From an uncultured cyanobacterium (GTDB lineage Bacteria; Cyanobacteriota; Cyanobacteriia; Cyanobacteriales; Cyanobacteriaceae): a DNA stretch of 64,000 nucleotides. The notes beneath the pieces were generated by a model. That model was not told the DNA's origin and searched no databases. It saw only the letters and a program-made list of their open reading frames with translations. Location: positions 160,001 through 224,000 of the forward strand of contig CAVVOP010000005.1 in NCBI GenBank assembly GCA_963749915.1, written 5' to 3'. Every line of letters begins with the position of its first letter. Positions within the stretch are counted from its first letter, which is position 1. The translations under genes and the position numbers were made by a program. Below, piece by piece: positions 57,839-64,000 of this stretch.

Positions 57839-57883
57839 AAAGGAAATGTTAAAATCTGATATACATTTAACTATTAAGTGTAA

Positions 57884-57994
57884 CTGGTGGTGGAATGCAG
57901 AACTAAGAGTGTAGAATGTAGAATTAAAAATCCTTATTTTTCAGGACTTATCCCAATTTCTAACCTCTACTTTATTTACGCACCTTACCACTGG
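57884..57994 (-). mobile_element. ~110-bp MITE-like dispersed repeat, copy 2
   Basis: Reverse complement aligns with 40912-41022; CTGG at both ends. Confidence 0.75.
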
Positions 57995-58112
57995 TTCAAG
58001 AAATAAATACCTCGTAATTAGTTTAACACTCTATCAAAAGCCTTTGACAAGAATTATCGTAATCTGGATATGGTTCTCTTATCTGAATAGAGAACTAAAT
58101 CCCATCCAATAA

Positions 58113-59570
58113 TTACCCCGAGATAATTTTTAGGGTATCTAAACTGTGATCACTTATTCCTGTAATTATTCCTCCTGAATTAATAACTTGTTCGGCATAT
58201 TCTAAAGCCTCTCTAGTGATAACTTCCCCTGCCATAATTAAGGGAATACCGGGGGGGTAAGGACAAATATTTTCCCCACTAATCTGATTAATAGCTAAAT
58301 CTTGAGAAACTATTTTTTTTTCTGCCCAAAATGCTTCACGTGGAGTTATTTTTAAGGAAGAATTAGGTAAAGAATAAGGGTTGAAATTATTGTTCTCTTG
58401 AAAGTTTTTATGATATCTTTTAAAAGATTTCAAAGCATTTATTAATCTCTCAATATCTTTATTTTTATTGCCAATAGAAATAATAAAAGTAAGATTTTTA
58501 ATGGAAGGTAATTCACAAGTTACGCCAAATTGTCGATGTAAAATTTCGTCTGCTTCATAGCCTGTTAAGCCCCATTTACTAACATTAACGGTTAACCTTG
58601 TTTTATCTAAATCTGCAAAAGTATCGATGGGTTTAATTAAATTTAATAATGATAAATATTCGAACTCTGCTATTTTTTCCCTTGCGGTTATTGCCAAATT
58701 TAAAGTATTAGTTAATAACTTTTTTCCTTCCATCGCCATTTGTTGCCTAGCACCATCTAAAGATGCCAAAAGTAAATAACTAGGGCTAGAAGACTGCACC
58801 AATTGTAAAGCCTGACTGATACGACTGGCATTGACTAAGTTACCTTGAAGATGAACCATTGAAGCCTGGGTCATCGCCCCTAAAACTTTATGGGTGGATT
58901 GTATCGCAATATCCGCTCCTGCCTGTAGTGCCGATATCGGTAACTGAGGATGAAAGGAAAAATGTCCACCGTGAGCTTCATCCACTAGCAACGGAATACT
59001 AAAATTTTTTGTAAAGTGGGCGATTTCTGTCAAGTTTGCACAAATACCGTGATATGTCGGAGAAACTACCATTACCGCTTTAATATTAGCATTGGTTTCT
59101 AAGGCATTAGCAATTTGATGAGGGGAAAGGGTATAACAGAGGTCAAAATCAAAGTCATATTCAGGATTGATAAATATGGGGGTTGCACCAGACAAAATTA
59201 AGCCAAAAATTGCCGATTGATGGATATTTCGGGGCAAAATTATCTGATCGCCCTCGCCACAGGTGGCTAAAATGGAGGCGATAATACCAGAAGTTGAACC
59301 ATTGGCCAAAAACCATGTTTGTTTTGCACCAAAAGCATCTGCCGCTAAAATTTGAGCCTCTTTGATCACTCCTTCTGGGGTGAATAAGTTATCTAATTCA
59401 GGCAATTCGGGCAAATCGGCATGAAAAACTTTTTCTCCCATTAATTTCTTTAGGTCTTGACTAATACCTCGACCTTTTTTATGCCCGGGAGTGTAAAATG
59501 GAGCATCTCGTTTTCGGGCTAACTCTTGTAAGGTTGTTAATAACGGGGTTTTTTTCTGAGGGTTATTCAT
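58113..59570 (-). CDS. PLP-dependent Orn/Lys/Arg decarboxylase family protein
   Basis: FYTPGHK, LANGST, SPTYHG, LVDEAHG, QSTHK, CPYPPGIP. Confidence 0.9.
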   Translation of the reverse strand: MNNPQKKTPLLTTLQELARKRDAPFYTPGHKKGRGISQDLKKLMGEKVFHADLPELPELDNLFTPEGVIKEAQILAADAFGAKQTWFLANGSTSGIIASILATCGEGDQIILPRNIHQSAIFGLILSGATPIFINPEYDFDFDLCYTLSPHQIANALETNANIKAVMVVSPTYHGICANLTEIAHFTKNFSIPLLVDEAHGGHFSFHPQLPISALQAGADIAIQSTHKVLGAMTQASMVHLQGNLVNASRISQALQLVQSSSPSYLLLASLDGARQQMAMEGKKLLTNTLNLAITAREKIAEFEYLSLLNLIKPIDTFADLDKTRLTVNVSKWGLTGYEADEILHRQFGVTCELPSIKNLTFIISIGNKNKDIERLINALKSFKRYHKNFQENNNFNPYSLPNSSLKITPREAFWAEKKIVSQDLAINQISGENICPYPPGIPLIMAGEVITREALEYAEQVINSGGIITGISDHSLDTLKIISG

Positions 59571-59608
59571 TCACGAACAATTAATATAATTATGGCTCTT
59601 ATGATTAA

Positions 59609-61000
59609 TCAATGACCAATAGTTGAGGACTGACATTGTCGCAAAAAATGCTCAACTTGAGGAATAATATTAGCAAAATGGAGATGCAAATAAGAAGCAT
59701 AAATATTTTTAATTTGCCATGCCTGAGAAGTTAATATTTGTTGACTATAATAATCTTTAATTTCTAAGATTTGTGAGGTAGAAGCACCAGAATTTTTGGC
59801 ACGATGAAATTCATGACCTCTGAAAACTTTACCATCTTTAAATAGTTGGTTATTAATTAAAATTTTTGCTTCTCGATAGCCAAGAGTTAATTTTTTATCC
59901 ATGATAGCAGTATTAGGTAAAACTCCCACCATTTCCCATGATTTACCATCAAAGTTGATGATTATTTTTGATAAATACATCATGCCTCCACATTCTGCGT
60001 AGGTTAATATTCCTGAGTTTATAGCTTGTTTTAAAGATTGTTTCATGGTTTTATTATTAGCTAATTCAGGAGCAAAAACTTCGGGAAAACCTCCTCCTAA
60101 ATATATTCCTTGAATGTTATCGGGTATTTTATTATCATCAATAGGACTAAAAAATACTAATTCTGCTCCTAACTTTTCTAAAATATCGAGGTTATCTTGA
60201 TAATAAAAATTAAAGGCTTTATCTTGAGCGATCGCAATTCTTAATTTATGAACTTTTTTAAGTTTAAAATGATAAAGTTTATCAAAAAAATTATGGTTAT
60301 ATTTATGTTTAAAATTTTTATTATCCAGATAGGGAGTCAATAAATCCCAATGAAAATTATTTTCAGCGATAATAGCTAATTGTTTAAAAATTTCTTGATG
60401 GGTAGTAATTTCTTCAGTGGGAATTAAGCCTAAGTGTCGGGAAGGCAACTCAATATTTTTCTCTCTAAACCATACCCCCACTAAGGGAATTGAACATATT
60501 TTTAACCCCTCTTTTAATAAAGATAAATGTTTTTCACTGCCGACTTTATTTAAGATAATTCCCACTATTTTAACTTCTGGATCAAGGTTAACATATCCAT
60601 AGGCGATCGCTCCGATAGAAGTACTTAATTTACTGCAATCAATGATTAAAATAACGGGAATTTGCAATAATTTGGCGATATGAGCGGTACTTCCGTAATT
60701 AAAAGAATTATTACAGGGCACACCATCATATAATCCCATCACTCCCTCAATGATACTAATATCAGCTTGTTGACTATGATAGGAAAAACAACATTTAACA
60801 TAGTCCTCAGAGGTTAAAATAGGATCAAGATTACGACAAGGCAAACCTGTCATTGCAGTATGAAACATCGGATCAATATAATCTGGACCTACCTTAAAAG
60901 ATTGAACAGATTTTCCTTTACTTTTCAACCATGATAATAAGGCTAATGTTATAGTGGTTTTCCCGACTCCACTTCTTTCTCCGGCAATGATTAATCCCAT
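59609..61000 (-). CDS. cbiA: Cobyrinate a,c-diamide synthase
   Basis: SGVGKTT, FKVGPDYIDP, IEGVMGLYDG, SRHLGL, AFNFYY, GGGFPE, AECGGMMYL, GHEFH. Confidence 0.93.
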   Translation of the reverse strand: MGLIIAGERSGVGKTTITLALLSWLKSKGKSVQSFKVGPDYIDPMFHTAMTGLPCRNLDPILTSEDYVKCCFSYHSQQADISIIEGVMGLYDGVPCNNSFNYGSTAHIAKLLQIPVILIIDCSKLSTSIGAIAYGYVNLDPEVKIVGIILNKVGSEKHLSLLKEGLKICSIPLVGVWFREKNIELPSRHLGLIPTEEITTHQEIFKQLAIIAENNFHWDLLTPYLDNKNFKHKYNHNFFDKLYHFKLKKVHKLRIAIAQDKAFNFYYQDNLDILEKLGAELVFFSPIDDNKIPDNIQGIYLGGGFPEVFAPELANNKTMKQSLKQAINSGILTYAECGGMMYLSKIIINFDGKSWEMVGVLPNTAIMDKKLTLGYREAKILINNQLFKDGKVFRGHEFHRAKNSGASTSQILEIKDYYSQQILTSQAWQIKNIYASYLHLHFANIIPQVEHFLRQCQSSTIGH

Positions 61001-61042
61001 ATTTTTTTTCTCTCACAAAGGTGCAAGGGGGCAAAGTTTTCC

Positions 61043-62137
61043 TTATTTATAGTAATAATTTTGATTAAAGAATTTAACGATTTCTTCTGCTATGATTTCC
61101 GTACCGTTTTTTGCTATTTTATTATTACTTTGGGGAGGTAACAATTCTTGGTTTAAGAAATCCCAATTACCTTGAAAAAATTCTTGATAATTAACGATAT
61201 TATGATAGCTATAATCTTTTAAACCCTGTAATAAAATTTCTGCCTCCGCAAAACCCTCTCTAGTCAGGCTAATCAGGGGAACATCTAAGCGGATACTCTC
61301 GGCAAAAGTGCTAAATCCGGGTTTAGACATCACTCTTCCACATAGGGACATAAAATCTACTGGACGATCACTGTTATCGGTAATTTTCAGCAAATTTGGT
61401 AAATCTGGTGCATTATTCGCAAAAGTAATAAATTGCCAATCAGGAAAACGACTTAAATTTTCGTAAGGAATCGCCTCTATTCCTAATCCCCCAAAAGTCA
61501 ACAAGACAGTTTTTTCCTTATCAGTGGTGAGGTTAAATTTTTCTCGTAACTCAACTTCAGTATGACGGGGAACACCACCAGTTAAACCCACATCTTCCAC
61601 CACGGGAAAACTGGCCATTTTCTCCGCCAACGGTAAACGAAAAAGACGTTGACATAATTGATAACGACTACTCAACCAATCCGCAATGGCGTTAAATTCA
61701 CCTCCCCATGCACGGTAAATAAAATCCCAACCAAAATTGCCCATCATCCAACAAGGAATACCTGCTTTTTCCCCAATAGTCGCCGCCATCGCTGGAACAT
61801 CGGCCAAAATTAAGTCGACTTTATTGGTATTGATAAATTCCACTTCCCCCGCCACAATTTCTTTTTCCCGAAGACGATATTCTGTCATTTTTTCCCGAGT
61901 TGCCGCCAAATCCATCGTCAAACTATCGGACTGAATCACTCCTACATCAAAAGCGCGGTAACGATAAATAAAATCTCCCTCAATATAAGAATCTAACAAC
62001 CATCGAGGTGCGGTAGTTACTAATACTAATAAAATGTCTGGATTTAATTTTTGTACCTGTGAGGCAATGGTCGCCATTCGCACTGCGTGACCAAATCCAT
62101 GATTCGTGATAGCTAAATATAAAACAGGTCGAGACAT
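61043..62137 (-). CDS. GT-B fold glycosyltransferase
   Basis: ITNHGFGHA, LLTFGGLG, SKPGFSTFAE; likely start MSRPV. Confidence 0.82.
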   Translation of the reverse strand: MSRPVLYLAITNHGFGHAVRMATIASQVQKLNPDILLVLVTTAPRWLLDSYIEGDFIYRYRAFDVGVIQSDSLTMDLAATREKMTEYRLREKEIVAGEVEFINTNKVDLILADVPAMAATIGEKAGIPCWMMGNFGWDFIYRAWGGEFNAIADWLSSRYQLCQRLFRLPLAEKMASFPVVEDVGLTGGVPRHTEVELREKFNLTTDKEKTVLLTFGGLGIEAIPYENLSRFPDWQFITFANNAPDLPNLLKITDNSDRPVDFMSLCGRVMSKPGFSTFAESIRLDVPLISLTREGFAEAEILLQGLKDYSYHNIVNYQEFFQGNWDFLNQELLPPQSNNKIAKNGTEIIAEEIVKFFNQNYYYK

Positions 62138-62385
62138 GGGATAATCAACAATGAACAATTAACGGTGAACAATAAACAATTAATGAGGGAGAATTAGGGA
62201 TTTTCTCTTTCTTTAAATTTGTCTTCTATTTAATTGTTTGTTGCCGAAGTTTAATGATAGCCTATAATGGCAAAATCGATATCAATAGCTCATCGAGATT
62301 TTAGGAAATGTTTACAGGTCAGTGTTTTTTTATCCTTCTTCCTATAGAATAAACTTTATCTAGGTATTTACCCCACAAAAAAACG

Positions 62386-62931
62386 GTGAATGAGAGTTTA
62401 AATCATATTCGGCAAACCATTCTTTTAATAAAATATTATAGCTTTGATCTTAGGGGTTATAAACTGCAGGAATTGATCGTAAAATGGACGAAAATTTATC
62501 CTCATAATTGGTTACCTTTGGGTGTAACAGAGGCTATTTATCAAGGTAGGTTAAAAGCTATTTCTGTAGAACAAATTTTAAACATTTGGTTAAAAAAAGG
62601 AGAGATTAATCAAAGTTTTAATTATGAATTTTGTCGCTTAATTAAGCCTAATATTTCTTTTAGCTTACAGGAAGATCGGGAATTAAAAGATTTTTTTAAA
62701 AATACTCATGATTCAGAAATTTTAACCGCAACTATTGTTATTAATAATCAAAAAAAAATAGAACAAAAAAATATTTTAGAGAACAAAAAACTTTATTCTA
62801 ACGAAGACAATAACAATGTAATAGAGGCTGATAAAATTAAGTTTAAATCCGCGGTTAACCACTTTCAACCTTTAGATGATTATTCCCAGTGTTTCCAAAA
62901 ATTAAAAGCTTTTATAGCAATTAACAATTAA
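62386..62931 (+). CDS. Hypothetical protein
   Basis: 181 aa; YSFDLRG and EAIYQGRLKAISVEQIL look like a conserved cyanobacterial domain. Confidence 0.7.
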   Translation: MNESLNHIRQTILLIKYYSFDLRGYKLQELIVKWTKIYPHNWLPLGVTEAIYQGRLKAISVEQILNIWLKKGEINQSFNYEFCRLIKPNISFSLQEDRELKDFFKNTHDSEILTATIVINNQKKIEQKNILENKKLYSNEDNNNVIEADKIKFKSAVNHFQPLDDYSQCFQKLKAFIAINN

Positions 62932-62952
62932 CAATTAACAATTAACAATTAA
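62919..62952. repeat. Heptamer tandem repeat AATTAAC
   Basis: About 4.5 copies spanning the stop codon of the upstream ORF. Confidence 0.8.
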
Positions 62953-63107
62953 TACGTAATTTATAGTTATTCATCCTGATCCCTCTTAATCTGCTGATTC
63001 GTCTCCCCATCAATAGGGTTTGGCCGTAGGCAGAGCTTTGCTGACCGCTCTAATAGTTTAAAGTCTTCAGCCACCCCTGATAAATGAAAAATTATTATTT
63101 ATTAATT

Positions 63108-64000
63108 CTAATTACTTATGTCATTATTTAAAGAGGGTAAAAATGTAACTAAAGGTGGGAAAATAATGATTAATAATAACACTAATAATTGCAATAAAAT
63201 AAACGGAATTACTCCTTTATAAATATCTGTTGTTTTGATTTGGGGTGGTGCAACTCCCCGTAAATAAAACAAGGCAAAACCGAAAGGTGGCGTTAAAAAT
63301 GAGGTTTGTAAATTAGCTCCTAAAATTACTCCATACCATAATAAATCTAAGCCTAAAGCCTTCGCCGCAGGAGCAAAAATGGGAATAACAATAAAAGCAA
63401 TTTCAAAGAAGTCAATAAAAAATCCTAAGACAAAAACAACTAACATATTAACAGCCAAAAATCCCCATTGTCCTCCGGGTAAATTGACTAATAATTCTTC
63501 CATAAAATGATCACCACCAACACCTCGAAATACTAAACTAAAAGCCGTTGAACCTAATAAAATAAACATCACCATGGAGGTAATTCTCATGGTAGAGTCA
63601 CAGGCTTTTTTAACAGCATTCCATGTCAAATTTTTGTTGAAATAGGCTAATATCATCGCCCCTAATGAACCGATTGCTCCCGCCTCTGTAGGTGTTGCAA
63701 CTCCAAAAAAGATACTCCCTAACACCAATAAAATTAAGATAAAAGGAGGAATCATAGCCTGATAAACCCTAATCCACAAAGCCTTACCACCAATATTTCT
63801 CACTTGTGAAGGTAACGCAGGGGCTGTGTCAGGACGAATCCATGCTACAATCAACACATGAGCTGCAAACGCTGCTGCCATCATTAATCCGGGTATCAAT
63901 GAACCCATGAACAAATCCCCTACCGGTGCACCTAATTGATCTGCTAATACCACTAAAACCACGCTAGGAGGGATAATTTGCCCTAACGTACCACTAGCGG
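63108..64000 (-). CDS. dctM: TRAP transporter large permease (DctM), 5' end outside the window
   Basis: GTLGQIIPPS, GVATPTEAGA, GFFIDFFEI, SFLTPPFG. Confidence 0.9.
   Translation of the reverse strand, partial: ASGTLGQIIPPSVVLVVLADQLGAPVGDLFMGSLIPGLMMAAAFAAHVLIVAWIRPDTAPALPSQVRNIGGKALWIRVYQAMIPPFILILLVLGSIFFGVATPTEAGAIGSLGAMILAYFNKNLTWNAVKKACDSTMRITSMVMFILLGSTAFSLVFRGVGGDHFMEELLVNLPGGQWGFLAVNMLVVFVLGFFIDFFEIAFIVIPIFAPAAKALGLDLLWYGVILGANLQTSFLTPPFGFALFYLRGVAPPQIKTTDIYKGVIPFILLQLLVLLLIIIFPPLVTFLPSLNNDISN

Overview
The window comes from an AT-rich cyanobacterial chromosome. It has frequent HIP1 GCGATCGC sites and heptamer intergenic repeats; a Geminocystis/Cyanobacterium-like host is my inference. 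The main feature is an ~18.4 kb, visibly GC-richer, all-minus-strand island (~7910-26291) encoding a glycogen/sucrose-to-lactate fermentation pathway: eno', gap, pyk, xfp, D-ldh, a hypothetical gene, gpmA'/'tal, pgi, glgP, pgk'/'pgm, a histidine phosphatase, an amylosucrase-like GH13, mannitol 2-dehydrogenase and a second pyk remnant. The island is eroding through deletions with apparent microhomology junctions and an IS1634 truncation. The rest of the window alternates intact housekeeping genes (comM, sseA-like, labA-like, XPB-like helicase, phrA, dprA, ispG, MscS, sodium:solute symporter, comF, cbiA/cobB, dctM) with mobile-element debris. That debris includes three copies of one IS1634 element, an intact IS4-family element, IS5 remnants, MITEs, a group II intron lacking its RT core, a diversity-generating retroelement relic (variable region plus avd), toxin-antitoxin remnants and internally deleted pseudogenes. 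An apparent 1-nt frameshift near the start of the essential gene ispG warns that single-base indels in this assembly may be sequencing errors. I saw no rRNA, tRNA or CRISPR array. All family assignments come from motif recognition by eye, not database searches.
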